Source: an uncultured Candidatus Saccharibacteria bacterium (GTDB lineage: Bacteria; Patescibacteriota; Minisyncoccia; UBA6257; Colwellbacteraceae). From it: a DNA stretch of 64,000 nt. The notes beneath the pieces are model-generated. The model was not told the origin of the DNA and did no database searches. It was given only the letters and a program-made list of their open reading frames with translations. The stretch is from positions 6,526-70,525 of the forward strand of contig CAYHTW010000001.1 of NCBI GenBank assembly GCA_964360065.1. The letters run 5' to 3'. Positions 1 through 8,837 of this stretch are shown piece by piece (position 1 is the stretch's first letter; each line of letters opens with the position of its first letter). A program made the translations under genes and the position numbers.

Positions 1-32
1 AATAAGTTCTTTTAAATTAAAATAAATATTTA

Positions 33-50
33 ATATGGGGTAACCCATAT
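33..50. promoter_or_regulatory. 7-bp inverted repeat (ATATGGG-gtaa-CCCATAT) 10 nt upstream of first CDS; candidate operator
   Basis: Perfect inverted repeat read directly; position just upstream of ATG at 61. Confidence 0.25.
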
Positions 51-60
51 CCGTAATATT

Positions 61-1341
61 ATGAATATGAGAAAAAACGCAGAAACAAGTAATTTATGGG
101 ATGTTGTGGTTATTGGTGGCGGACCGGCTGGGATGATGGCGGCGGGCCGTGCCGCCGAACTAGGACGATCTGTTCTATTACTAGAGAAAAATCCAACGTT
201 GGGTAAAAAGCTTCTCATTACCGGTGGCGGAAGATGTAATTTAACTAATAACAAGCCTGAGGTCAGAACGATGCTTGCGAAGTATAAGGGCAGTGGAAAG
301 TTTCTTTTTTCGGCCTTCTCGCAGTTTGGAGCAAAAGAGACCATCCAGTTTTTCAATAAACGCGGCTTGAGCACGAAAGAAGAAGCAGAAGAGAGAATCT
401 TCCCTACGTCTAATAAAGCTCAGTCAGTTTGGGATGTACTAGTTACCTATATGAAAGATGGCGGCGTACGAATACAAACGAATGCTGCTGTAGCTAACAT
501 CTCCACTAGTAAGGCTGGGAGTATTATTATCCGTCTCAAAAACCTACCTGGGCAAAATGGCAAAGCAGAAATACTTACACACTCATGCATCGTGGCTACC
601 GGCGGTACTTCTAGGCCAGAAACTGGCTCAACCGGCGATGGGTTTGTTTGGCTTAAGAAAAATGGGCACAAGATTATAGATAACGACTTAACGCTTGTGC
701 CTGTAACTTTGCAGGATGCCTGGGCTAAAAAACTAAGCGGGGTAACGCTTAAAGATATTAAACTTACAACGTTGCAGAACGGGCAGCGCCATGAAGTTCA
801 GAAAGGTAAACTGCTTTTTACCCATGTTGGCGTGAGCGGTCCGACAATTTTAAATATGAGCAGAGGAATCGGCGAGCTCTTGCAGTACGGCAAGGTGACC
901 ATAGAGCTGGATTTATTCCCTAGCCTTGACCAAGGCGCACTTAAACAAAAACTCCAGGAACTCTTGACGGCTGAAAGCAATAAGAAATTAAAGAATATTT
1001 TAAACAAATTCATTCCGTCGGCGTTTGTTTCATCCATGTTAGAACTCGCTAAACTTGATGGCGACACGCCAAATCACAGCGTTAGGCGCGAAGATAGAGT
1101 AAAATTAGTTAAGCTATTTAAGGCTGTCCCGCTTAACGTTAAGGGTTTGTTGGGCGGTAATTATGCCATTGTCTCTTCTGGCGGTGTGGCTTTGGAAGAA
1201 GTTGATTTTAAGACTATGCAATCCCGTCTATTACAAAATCTGTACATTATTGGCGATGTCTTGAATATTGATCGTCCTTCCGGCGGCTACAGTCTGCAAC
1301 TCGCCTGGACTACCGGATACGTCGCTGGTAGTAATAGTTAA
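61..1341 (+). CDS. FAD-dependent flavoprotein, HI0933/BaiN (aminoacetone oxidase-like) family
   Basis: N-terminal Rossmann dinucleotide motif VVIGGGPAGMMAA, TGGGRCNLTN motif typical of HI0933 family; 426 aa. Confidence 0.8.
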   Translation: MNMRKNAETSNLWDVVVIGGGPAGMMAAGRAAELGRSVLLLEKNPTLGKKLLITGGGRCNLTNNKPEVRTMLAKYKGSGKFLFSAFSQFGAKETIQFFNKRGLSTKEEAEERIFPTSNKAQSVWDVLVTYMKDGGVRIQTNAAVANISTSKAGSIIIRLKNLPGQNGKAEILTHSCIVATGGTSRPETGSTGDGFVWLKKNGHKIIDNDLTLVPVTLQDAWAKKLSGVTLKDIKLTTLQNGQRHEVQKGKLLFTHVGVSGPTILNMSRGIGELLQYGKVTIELDLFPSLDQGALKQKLQELLTAESNKKLKNILNKFIPSAFVSSMLELAKLDGDTPNHSVRREDRVKLVKLFKAVPLNVKGLLGGNYAIVSSGGVALEEVDFKTMQSRLLQNLYIIGDVLNIDRPSGGYSLQLAWTTGYVAGSNS

Positions 1342-1361
1342 TTTTGCTGTACTATAAAATA

Positions 1362-2174
1362 TCAGAAACTAAAAAGCTTATCTTCGCTCACTCCTCCACT
1401 TTTCTTTGATAATTTCTTAAGTTTTTCGTGTTCAGCTCTTGCTGCTGTATAAACGCAGTAATCACAATCCTTGCCTTCGCCGGGGATTGTCTCGGACATT
1501 AAACATTTTTTAACATCTTTGATGGTTTTCTCTATCCAATCGGTATTCCCTTCGTAAGAGATTACTTTAATATCAAACTCCAATTTGGCATCAAAGGCCT
1601 CTCTATCTGTTTTACCGTTGCAGTAAACAAAGTAACCTATACTGGAAACTTTAAAACCGTTCTGACGAAATAGCCATTGATAAATCTCCATCTGGCGGCG
1701 ATAACCGTCCTGCCACTCTTCGTCCAAGGTGACTTCTTTAGTTTTAGACGTGGCCTTGTAATCCACGATATACAACTCCCCCGTGGGACTTACCCAAACG
1801 TCATCAACTCCTCCTCTGATTAAAAGATTGGTTGGCTGATGCAAATATTTAATACCGCGAATTCTGGCGTCACGCCATTCGTCCATTCTTTCATGAGCTA
1901 AAGGAACGGCATCAATGCCGTAATGCTTCATAAGCGGGTGCGTTGAGCCATTAGCCCGATGAATATCAAACTCTTTTTTGAGAAGGGTATCTACAGCATT
2001 GTTAAGGCTGAATGGATATCCAGGCGGACGAGCCGTACCCAGGCGTTTATCCAAATAGAAACAGCGTGGGCATTGGACGAAGAGATCTATGCCTGTACGG
2101 CTTACAGTAAAGGGTTCATCCGAGGAGGGATCAAAGAGCCCCCTAGTTCTTTGAGGTTTATAATAATCTGACAT
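1362..2174 (-). CDS. Cas4/RecB-family PD-(D/E)XK nuclease with 4Fe-4S cysteine ligands (standalone)
   Basis: N-terminal QCPRCFYL (Cas4 CPR motif), GGVDD...IVDYK (D / D-x-K catalytic motifs), QMEIYQW (QxxxY), C-terminal KKC...CDYC cysteine triad. Confidence 0.7.
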   Translation of the reverse strand: MSDYYKPQRTRGLFDPSSDEPFTVSRTGIDLFVQCPRCFYLDKRLGTARPPGYPFSLNNAVDTLLKKEFDIHRANGSTHPLMKHYGIDAVPLAHERMDEWRDARIRGIKYLHQPTNLLIRGGVDDVWVSPTGELYIVDYKATSKTKEVTLDEEWQDGYRRQMEIYQWLFRQNGFKVSSIGYFVYCNGKTDREAFDAKLEFDIKVISYEGNTDWIEKTIKDVKKCLMSETIPGEGKDCDYCVYTAARAEHEKLKKLSKKSGGVSEDKLFSF

Positions 2175-2190
2175 GGTTTCTTTATTTTAC

Positions 2191-2228
2191 CAGTAGATAA
2201 AGAAAAACAAAAACACCCGCCTAAGGCG
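2191..2228. terminator. Bidirectional intrinsic terminator (CACCCGCC-taag-GGCGGGTG flanked by A-run and T-run); terminates rnpB on minus strand
   Basis: 8-bp GC-rich stem, 4-nt loop, TTTTT on plus side and AAAAACAAAAA (U-run on minus) on the other. Confidence 0.55.
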
Positions 2229-2231
2229 GGT

Positions 2232-2648
2232 GTTTTTGATATAGGCAATTCGTAAGCCGGATTCTGTCTGATCCTGCATTATTGCAGGACGAGATAATAA
2301 TTTATCTGGGTCCTTGATTACTCGCGGACTCAAGCGGCACTTCCGCCTCATCGGCGGACACGGCTTTGCACCCAATAAGGATTTAGCGCGTTTCACCTCC
2401 ACCTTCTTATCCCTATGTGGAGATAGGCCGTCTACGTTGGGATCGGGCCTCCCCTCGATTTCTCTCAGGGCGTTTCTGTTCGCACCTCTCGGCTTTCGCC
2501 TGACGGATGTTATCCGCTACAGAGCTGCTATCCGCCTCATCGGCGGACAGGGGTGTCCGGACTTTCCTCTTATCTTTGCTCCAAAGTATATAAAGAACGG
2601 TCAATACTGATTAGGAGAAGTAAAGATAAGCTATTATCTGAATTGCCG
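2232..2648 (-). ncRNA. rnpB: RNase P RNA (bacterial type, rnpB)
   Basis: Minus-strand P4 5' strand AGGAAAGUCCGG (rc of 2557-2568), P4 3' strand ACAGAAUCCGGCUUAC (rc of 2243-2258), P1 pairing between rc(2640-2648) GGCAAUUC and rc(2235-2242) GAAUUGCC; followed by terminator; overlapping ORFs are short/antisense. Confidence 0.78.
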
Positions 2649-2653
2649 AAATT

Positions 2654-2682
2654 TTTATAACACAAAACGGATTTAAAATCAA
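2654..2682 (-). promoter_or_regulatory. Putative rnpB promoter (-35 TTGATT, 17-nt spacer, -10 TATAAA)
   Basis: Hexamers read on minus strand; -10 ends 6-7 nt upstream of predicted P1 5' end. Confidence 0.35.
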
Positions 2683-2696
2683 ATAGTTTGTATTTA

Positions 2697-2737
2697 AACA
2701 AAAAGTAAAAGGCGGCGATCCATATGGTACGCCGCCT
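2697..2737 (-). terminator. Intrinsic terminator for the 81-aa membrane protein gene (GGCGGCG...CGCCGCC stem + U-run on minus strand)
   Basis: Inverted repeat 2711-2717/2730-2736 with inner CCATATGG palindrome, A-run 2701-2710 on plus = U-run on minus. Confidence 0.45.
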
Positions 2738-2781
2738 TTGATATGCGGGAATCATCCCGCGAAAGAACAGTTAGCAACGTA

Positions 2782-3027
2782 TTAGCGTTGCTGGCCCGGG
2801 TTATTATTCCACGGGCGGGTTATTCGCACATAGAGCACGAGACCTACGAACACTGCTACGACACACATAACGATGAGAACAAAGAGACCTACGCCACCGG
2901 TGAGGGTGTTGTAGAGCTTCGGAGTCATCGCGGTGACGATAGCGCTGTTGAGCAATACTCCAAGAATGAAAGCGGGCAAGACGCCAGCAATCACTTGGGC
3001 ACTGCGAGAGGAAAAGAACTTTTGCAT
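2782..3027 (-). CDS. Small hydrophobic membrane protein (2 predicted TM helices), unknown function
   Basis: 81-aa ORF, two long hydrophobic stretches, flanked by terminator; no recognisable family. Confidence 0.4.
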   Translation of the reverse strand: MQKFFSSRSAQVIAGVLPAFILGVLLNSAIVTAMTPKLYNTLTGGVGLFVLIVMCVVAVFVGLVLYVRITRPWNNNPGQQR

Positions 3028-3112
3028 AACTTTGTCGTCCTGGCCTTACACTACGAGAGTTTCAGCGAGGAGATTATGTTAATTAATAATTCTAGGATTT
3101 CTCGACCTTATG

Positions 3113-3144
3113 TCCTGTACTTAAAATCCTAATAAAGTACAGGA
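3113..3144. repeat. Perfect 10-bp inverted repeat (TCCTGTACTT-12nt-AAGTACAGGA) in rnh/81-aa intergenic region
   Basis: Read directly; followed by T-rich tract on plus strand. Confidence 0.4.
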
Positions 3145-3228
3145 TACTTTCTTTATACCATAAATAAGACTATTTGTCAATATATAGCCGATTCTATACT
3201 TAGAAGTAATCCCATTACCTTAATTGGG

Positions 3229-3852
3229 TTAACGATGGAAGCCAAGGTCAGCCGGATTGTCTCCCCCGGGAATATGCCCTATCACTCCGCCTGATTTTTC
3301 AAAAACTCTTTTTAACTTAGCCGTTTCATAAGCCAACTCTTTAGTCGCTTCAGCCATATCTTTCTTAATTTTACCCGAAGACCAATAGTCTATGACTAGC
3401 TTGCTGTCTCCAAAAATGTGCTTTATTTTGTGCTTTTTGGCTATTTGGAGAGCATACTTACAAGCCAGTAATTCCCCGAAGTTATTAGTTGTTCCTTTGG
3501 CGAAAACCCAATGCTTCCCGCGATGGTTAATACCTTTAGCGGGGATTACTTGATGCAGTAAGTTGTTCCCCCCTTCATCGGTCACGCTGATTTCTACACC
3601 CTTACCGAAGCCCGTACCGGCATCAAAATAAACCCCTTTGCTAAGATTCTTTTTATGCTTGGACCTAACTTCATAAGTGGCGCCTTGATCCAGCCACAAT
3701 TCGGCTTCTCCACGAGTCGCGAAACCCTTGTATCTGGCACCTACTACTCCTTCAACTTTCTTTTTACAATCAGTCCAACTGTTTTTAATCCCCTTCTCTC
3801 TAGTTGAAGGTATTAGATAGGCGTAATATTTATTTATACTCCGTTTAGACAT
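3229..3852 (-). CDS. rnhA: Ribonuclease H1-like protein with N-terminal hybrid-binding (caulimovirus viroplasmin-like) domain
   Basis: N-terminal YYAYLIP...GVVGARYKGFATRGEAELWL (RNase H1 N-terminal domain) plus RNase H fold motifs YFDAGTG / GELLAC / IFGDSKLVIDYW. Confidence 0.7.
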   Translation of the reverse strand: MSKRSINKYYAYLIPSTREKGIKNSWTDCKKKVEGVVGARYKGFATRGEAELWLDQGATYEVRSKHKKNLSKGVYFDAGTGFGKGVEISVTDEGGNNLLHQVIPAKGINHRGKHWVFAKGTTNNFGELLACKYALQIAKKHKIKHIFGDSKLVIDYWSSGKIKKDMAEATKELAYETAKLKRVFEKSGGVIGHIPGGDNPADLGFHR

Positions 3853-3865
3853 AAGAATACTAGAG

Positions 3866-4942
3866 TTATTTCTGGATTTTAAGAGCCTTTAGAGCCGGAA
3901 GATTGTCGCCTCCAAGATAGTCCAACATGGCTCCGCCTCCGGTAGAAAGAAAGATATTTTTAGAAGTTTTCCACCCCTTTTGAACCAGCTTCAGAGAAGC
4001 TGTTGTTTCTCCGCCTCCGACCACTACGGAGGCCCTATGGTTAGCCAAAATGGCCCTCCAGACGGCCTTGGTTCCACCTGAATATCTCTTGTCCTCAAAC
4101 AAGCCCATAGGCCCGCCCCAGATTATGGTTCTGGCCTGACTAATGACGGATGTGAAGTAGCGAGCTGTTTCAGGACCGATGTCGGTTATTTTGTTTCTGT
4201 TTCTAACAAAGTCCAAAGGAATTAAGACTTTTTTGTTTTTAATAAGCTCTTTTGCAACCGGGATCATATGAGGCTCAAAAATAGAATTGCCAATTTCACG
4301 GCCCCCCGCTTTTATAAAGGTATTAGCGACTCCACCACCCAAGATAACGTAATCTGTTTTAGCGATTAAGTTTTTAATAACGGCTATTTTGTCCGACACT
4401 TTAGCTCCGCCGATTATAAGAATGAATGGCTTCTTAGTTTTCTTCAGGACCAAGTTTAAATTATTTATTTCAGCCGAGAGCGTTGGGCCGACACTGCCTT
4501 CAATAAACTTAGTTATCCCTACGTTAGATGCGTTTTCACGGTGGGCGGTGGCAAAGTCATCGTTAATATATTTATCTCCAAGGCCAGCTAGTGTTTTAGC
4601 AAAAGAGGCGTCATTAGTCGTTTCTCCCGGGTTAAACCTAAGGTTCTCCATTAGGAAAACTGCGCCCGGATAAGACGCCTTTACAGATAAAGAATCTGAT
4701 GCCAAATCCTGTCCTGTGAGAAAAACAATCTTCTTTTTTAAAGATGCTTCCAGAGGTTTCTGGAATCTCTTCAGGCTAAGTTTTTTATCATAACCATCGG
4801 GACGCCCGAGATGAGCCAGGATTACAACCTTAGCTCCATTTTTATTGAAAACTTTAATGGCTTGAACAGCTTTGCCAAAACGCAGAGATTTGCCTGGGTG
4901 GCTTTCTTCTATGTCCAAGCTGACTCTTAAAAGATATGTCAT
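3866..4942 (-). CDS. pgk: Phosphoglycerate kinase
   Basis: ILAHLGRPDG, FLMENLRFNPGE, GGGA...N-terminal/ C-terminal PGK motifs; 358 aa. Confidence 0.9.
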   Translation of the reverse strand: MTYLLRVSLDIEESHPGKSLRFGKAVQAIKVFNKNGAKVVILAHLGRPDGYDKKLSLKRFQKPLEASLKKKIVFLTGQDLASDSLSVKASYPGAVFLMENLRFNPGETTNDASFAKTLAGLGDKYINDDFATAHRENASNVGITKFIEGSVGPTLSAEINNLNLVLKKTKKPFILIIGGAKVSDKIAVIKNLIAKTDYVILGGGVANTFIKAGGREIGNSIFEPHMIPVAKELIKNKKVLIPLDFVRNRNKITDIGPETARYFTSVISQARTIIWGGPMGLFEDKRYSGGTKAVWRAILANHRASVVVGGGETTASLKLVQKGWKTSKNIFLSTGGGAMLDYLGGDNLPALKALKIQK

Positions 4943-4948
4943 TTGACG

Positions 4949-4977
4949 AATTTAAAGTTTAAAAATCAAAGTGTAAA
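4949..4977 (-). promoter_or_regulatory. pgk promoter: -35 TTTACA, 17-nt spacer, -10 TAAATT; leaderless transcript
   Basis: Hexamers on minus strand; -10 ends 6 nt before ATG (4942). Confidence 0.35.
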
Positions 4978-5050
4978 ATTTAATAATGATTTAAACATTT
5001 TAATCTGTCATTCTGATTTTTGATATTTACATATTACATTAACTAAGACA

Positions 5051-5077
5051 AAATTTAAACCCCTTCCGAAGAAGGGG
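5051..5077 (-). terminator. Intrinsic terminator downstream of GtrA-family gene (CCCCTTC-cgaa-GAAGGGG + U-run on minus)
   Basis: 7-bp GC stem, tetraloop, A-run on plus 5051-5059. Confidence 0.45.
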
Positions 5078-5176
5078 CTTAAACCAACAAATTTTAGTGA
5101 CAATCCTCGGTAACGAATTACTAGGGATTGCTAATCACTCACTCTGGGAGTACTATACGCTATTTTTCATTAAAAG

Positions 5177-5629
5177 TCAACGGCTCTTGAAAACAAAGAG
5201 CTTGTAACCAATGAAGTTCCAAACGAGAGATACCGCTGTGGCGGCCAATTTAGCCAAGTTATCCCATAGGCCAGCGGCCAGCTCGGTGAAGGGGGCCGAG
5301 GCCGAAAGCCGGAAGCTTAGAATAAAGAACGTTCCTAAGATATAGACAATCAATGTGTTAAGGGCTAGGCCTATAAGGCTGATTGTCAGAAACCTGAAAA
5401 CCTCGGTGGTTTGCACGGAGCCACCCGTACCGAAAGCCCAATACTTATTGAGGAAATAACTATTGATTACAGCAATACCAAAGGAAACGGTATTAAAAAC
5501 CAAAAGCCAAGACCCCGAGTAAGTACCGGTTGTATAAATAAGGACATTAAAGATGGTGAAATCAATGCCGGTGTTAATAATTCCGACAACTCCAAATCTG
5601 GTTATCTGTCCGACAAGACTGTGGGTCAT
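5177..5629 (-). CDS. GtrA-family membrane protein (polysaccharide biosynthesis/flippase-associated)
   Basis: 150 aa, 4 TM helices, N-terminal RFGVVGIINTGIDFTIFNVL motif characteristic of GtrA. Confidence 0.65.
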   Translation of the reverse strand: MTHSLVGQITRFGVVGIINTGIDFTIFNVLIYTTGTYSGSWLLVFNTVSFGIAVINSYFLNKYWAFGTGGSVQTTEVFRFLTISLIGLALNTLIVYILGTFFILSFRLSASAPFTELAAGLWDNLAKLAATAVSLVWNFIGYKLFVFKSR

Positions 5630-5707
5630 ACCAAGAACGGGAAGCTAAGCGAAACTATCATTATAAAAACAAAGATAATCACAAAAACCTTAACAGCTAA
5701 TTCTTTC

Positions 5708-6457
5708 TTATTTAATTTCATAGGTAACACTAACTTGAACTGTTAAATCGCTGCTTCCAGCAGAAATACTTGGCGCGAAGGACGAAGTTTCCATTCCCAA
5801 GGCTCCTCCCTTGTCGTAGGAGCCGTAATAAGGGATAGGGCCACCTTGAGATTCATAGAAATTAGTGACTCTCACAATTTTTACGTGATTAACCTCCGCC
5901 ATCAGTTTTGCCTTGGCCGTAGCCTTATTAAAGGCATCAGCTCTCGCCTGATCCAGGTATTTGTCCGGGTCATCAACAGTGAAAGTCACCGAACCTATTT
6001 CATTAACGCCCTTATCCGACAGGCCGCCAAGAATATCAGCGACTTTATTCAAGTCTCTGACCTTGACCGAAGTGGTTTGGGTCATAGTGTATCCGTCTAT
6101 ATAATTTTTCTTGGTGGTGTCGTTGTAGGCGTACTTAGGAGAGAGGCTGTAATTTGAAGTCTTGATATCTTTGTCGTCTACTCCCTGACTTTTAACGTAA
6201 TCTACGGCAGCAGTTACTTTTCTAGCGTTATTAGTCTCAAGCGCGTTAGGGTTGTTGCCTTCGGAGATTACCGAGAAAGAAAGTTTAGCGATATCTGGAG
6301 AGACTGTTGTTTTTCCCTCGGCGCTTACTGTTATGCTTCTCGCGGGGTAGAGAGAATCTCCCCACTGGAAAGCCAAATACGTCCATATGAGTATGGCCAT
6401 TATAACAACGACCATGAGGACACTTTTTAAAATCTGATAAAAATCAATTTCTTTCAT
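5708..6457 (-). CDS. SIMPL-domain (DUF541) secreted/membrane-anchored protein
   Basis: N-terminal TM anchor then ITVSAEGKTTVSPDIAKLSFSV..., typical SIMPL beta-rich domain; 249 aa. Confidence 0.55.
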   Translation of the reverse strand: MKEIDFYQILKSVLMVVVIMAILIWTYLAFQWGDSLYPARSITVSAEGKTTVSPDIAKLSFSVISEGNNPNALETNNARKVTAAVDYVKSQGVDDKDIKTSNYSLSPKYAYNDTTKKNYIDGYTMTQTTSVKVRDLNKVADILGGLSDKGVNEIGSVTFTVDDPDKYLDQARADAFNKATAKAKLMAEVNHVKIVRVTNFYESQGGPIPYYGSYDKGGALGMETSSFAPSISAGSSDLTVQVSVTYEIK

Positions 6458-6461
6458 ATAC

Positions 6462-7205
6462 TTACATTATATCATTAATTACCCTCCTGAACTCAAGCGG
6501 CTTAAGACTCATCCCCCCAATCAAGGCTCCATCTATGACACGCTGTGATAGAAAAGCTTTAGCGTTACCGGCATTAACCGAACCTCCATAAATAACTTTA
6601 GGTTTAATCTTGGAGAGTGTTTTTTTGATAAAGCTTATCATTAAGGATGCTTCTTCCGGGGTATCTGGCTTAGCTCCCTTGAAGGTACTGATAGCCCAGA
6701 CAGGCTCGTAAGCAACAATTAATCGAGAATTTAGTCCGCCAGTTTGCGGATTGAGTAATAAATTATGGGTACCTTTTAAATCTTTATTTAACTGGCTTCT
6801 TACAAAATCCTTTGCTTTCTTTATGCCTTTTCTACGGATGTTCGCTGGTTCTCCAACACAAAGTACAGCTTTTAATCCGGCCTTAAGAGTCGCTTTAATT
6901 TTAAGATTGATCATTTTGTCAGTTTCCTTAAGATTCTTCCTTCTCTCTGAGTGGCCAATGATGACATACTTAACCTTCATCAACTTCAAGTCAGTGGCTG
7001 AAACTTCACCGGTATATGGTCCGTCGGCCCAGAAAACATTTTGAGCGCCGAGTGAAGAATATTTTAAAACTTTACCAACTGATTCCAAAAAAGGAGATGG
7101 AGGGGTTATAATAACGTTTTTGTCGTCAATCGCCTTGGCAAGTTTAATAGCCGATTTAACATCTGTGGGATTGGATTTCCAGTTGGCTATTATGAGCTTC
7201 CGCAT
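6462..7205 (-). CDS. tpiA: Triosephosphate isomerase
   Basis: IIANWKSN, IIGHSERR, AYEPVWAI motifs. Confidence 0.9.
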   Translation of the reverse strand: MRKLIIANWKSNPTDVKSAIKLAKAIDDKNVIITPPSPFLESVGKVLKYSSLGAQNVFWADGPYTGEVSATDLKLMKVKYVIIGHSERRKNLKETDKMINLKIKATLKAGLKAVLCVGEPANIRRKGIKKAKDFVRSQLNKDLKGTHNLLLNPQTGGLNSRLIVAYEPVWAISTFKGAKPDTPEEASLMISFIKKTLSKIKPKVIYGGSVNAGNAKAFLSQRVIDGALIGGMSLKPLEFRRVINDIM

Positions 7206-7210
7206 ACTTT

Positions 7211-7828
7211 TTATCTTAACACTTTGTGTAGACGACGATAAACTAGCCAGGAGATGATGATGATAGCCACAACCACTATAACGCCATCAAAAGCTCTAAA
7301 ATATGGCTCCACGGTTTCCCAACTTTCTCCAGCCAAATAGCCCACCGAAGTGAGGGCTAGGCACCAAATAAAAGAACCCAAAAGAGTGAGGACGGAGAAT
7401 TTCCAGAAATTCACCTTAAAGAGGCCAGCCGGCAAAGAGATGAAGGTTCTGACAATAGGCAAGAGCCGGCCTATAAAGGAAGAGGCCAGACCGAAACGAT
7501 TGAACCACTTTTCGGCTAAAACCACGTCATCGTCATCAAGGACATAAATCTTAATTAAAAAATTGACTCCTTCGCGGCCGTAGTGGCGGGCCAACCAATA
7601 GCTTAAAATAGAGCCGATGAGGTTGGCGAAAGTGGCCACCCAAACCACTGCCCAAAAATTCAATTTCCCCGAAGAGGCCAGGAAACCAGAAAAGGTCATA
7701 ATGATTTCGGAAGGAGCCGGAATGTTGGCGCTCTCTAAGACCATCAAAATAAAAATACCCCAATAACCGGAATAAGAAATAACTCCCAGGATGAAGCTGG
7801 AAACCGTGGTTACTATGGCTTCAAACAT
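7211..7828 (-). CDS. DedA/SNARE-associated (VTT domain) membrane protein
   Basis: 205 aa multi-TM; conserved DedA core (ESANIPAPSEIIMTFSGFL... YWLARHYGR). Confidence 0.75.
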   Translation of the reverse strand: MFEAIVTTVSSFILGVISYSGYWGIFILMVLESANIPAPSEIIMTFSGFLASSGKLNFWAVVWVATFANLIGSILSYWLARHYGREGVNFLIKIYVLDDDDVVLAEKWFNRFGLASSFIGRLLPIVRTFISLPAGLFKVNFWKFSVLTLLGSFIWCLALTSVGYLAGESWETVEPYFRAFDGVIVVVAIIIISWLVYRRLHKVLR

Positions 7829-8837
7829 AACGCCTTAAAAGCTTAGCAGCATCTTCAGGAGGAACTACGTTAACCTCTATGCCGGTATTTAATTCAAAAC
7901 CAGCCGAGATATTCAGCTTAGGCTGAATTTCTATATACCAGTGGAAATGTGTGTGGGATTTTTTGTTTTTAGTTGGAGCTGTACGGACGAAGAAGTTGTA
8001 ATCAGGAAAATTAAGAGATGCCTCAAGCCCTCTTAAGACTTTCTGGAGGGCCTCGGAAACGCATAATAGAATTGAATCCGGAGTCTCTTCAAAGAAAGGA
8101 ATATGACTTTTAGGAAAGACCCTAATTTCAAATTCAACCCTAGAAACAAAGGGCGCGTAAGCGACAACGCAGGCGTTCTCAAAAACTATTCTCTTTTTGT
8201 CGTGAAGTTCCATTGTTATTTCCGTACAATAGACACACTCTCCATTTTTTTTGAAATAAACTTCTGAACCTTTCAGGGAGTGTTCTACAACTGGCGGTAT
8301 GATGGGCACTCCTAAAAGTTGGTAATGAGGATGATAAATGGAAGCGCCGGCTTTCTCTCCCCAGTTACTGAACATAGAGACGTAAGCCACATCATAGGAT
8401 TCAAGCAGTGACAGATATCTATTCTGGAACGCCTTAAGAACCGTATAACCTTCCAGTTTAGAAAGTTTTGGAAAGTTTTTATTATGATCCCTGGTTACGA
8501 GAAGATCGTGATGCCCCACCCCTTTCATAAACAAATAGGGGCCCTTTTTTCTGACTTCCGGTTCAACTCGACTGTGAGAAACTGCCGGATATTTATTGGG
8601 GAATATTTGTAACCCCCAATTTTTTGAGTTCGGGTCCACGAGATGTCCACCTCTGTCATAAACAGCCATGATCGGACCATTCCCGGATCTCTGAGGGTCT
8701 TCAAAAGGACAACTTTGTTTAGGCTTCTTCCGAGGTTTAGGTTTACGCCTTAATTCTTTAGGTTTTCTCGCGCGGCCGGGAACAATCAATATCCAATCTC
8801 CCGAAACTAAATCTTGTCTTAATTCGCTACCTTTCAT
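7821..8837 (-). CDS. galT: Galactose-1-phosphate uridylyltransferase-like HIT-family nucleotidyltransferase
   Basis: HPHYQ (H-phi-H-phi-Q active site of GalT/HIT), CPFEDP N-terminal motif; 338 aa. Confidence 0.6.
   Translation of the reverse strand: MKGSELRQDLVSGDWILIVPGRARKPKELRRKPKPRKKPKQSCPFEDPQRSGNGPIMAVYDRGGHLVDPNSKNWGLQIFPNKYPAVSHSRVEPEVRKKGPYLFMKGVGHHDLLVTRDHNKNFPKLSKLEGYTVLKAFQNRYLSLLESYDVAYVSMFSNWGEKAGASIYHPHYQLLGVPIIPPVVEHSLKGSEVYFKKNGECVYCTEITMELHDKKRIVFENACVVAYAPFVSRVEFEIRVFPKSHIPFFEETPDSILLCVSEALQKVLRGLEASLNFPDYNFFVRTAPTKNKKSHTHFHWYIEIQPKLNISAGFELNTGIEVNVVPPEDAAKLLRRYV

Noticed and set aside
1959-2171. 70-aa plus-strand ORF
   Set aside because: Lies inside and antisense to the Cas4-like nuclease gene.
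2187-2755. Five short ORFs (2187-2402, 2314-2610, 2413-2604, 2570-2755 and others)
   Set aside because: They overlap the RNase P RNA gene and its terminator and have no protein-like features.
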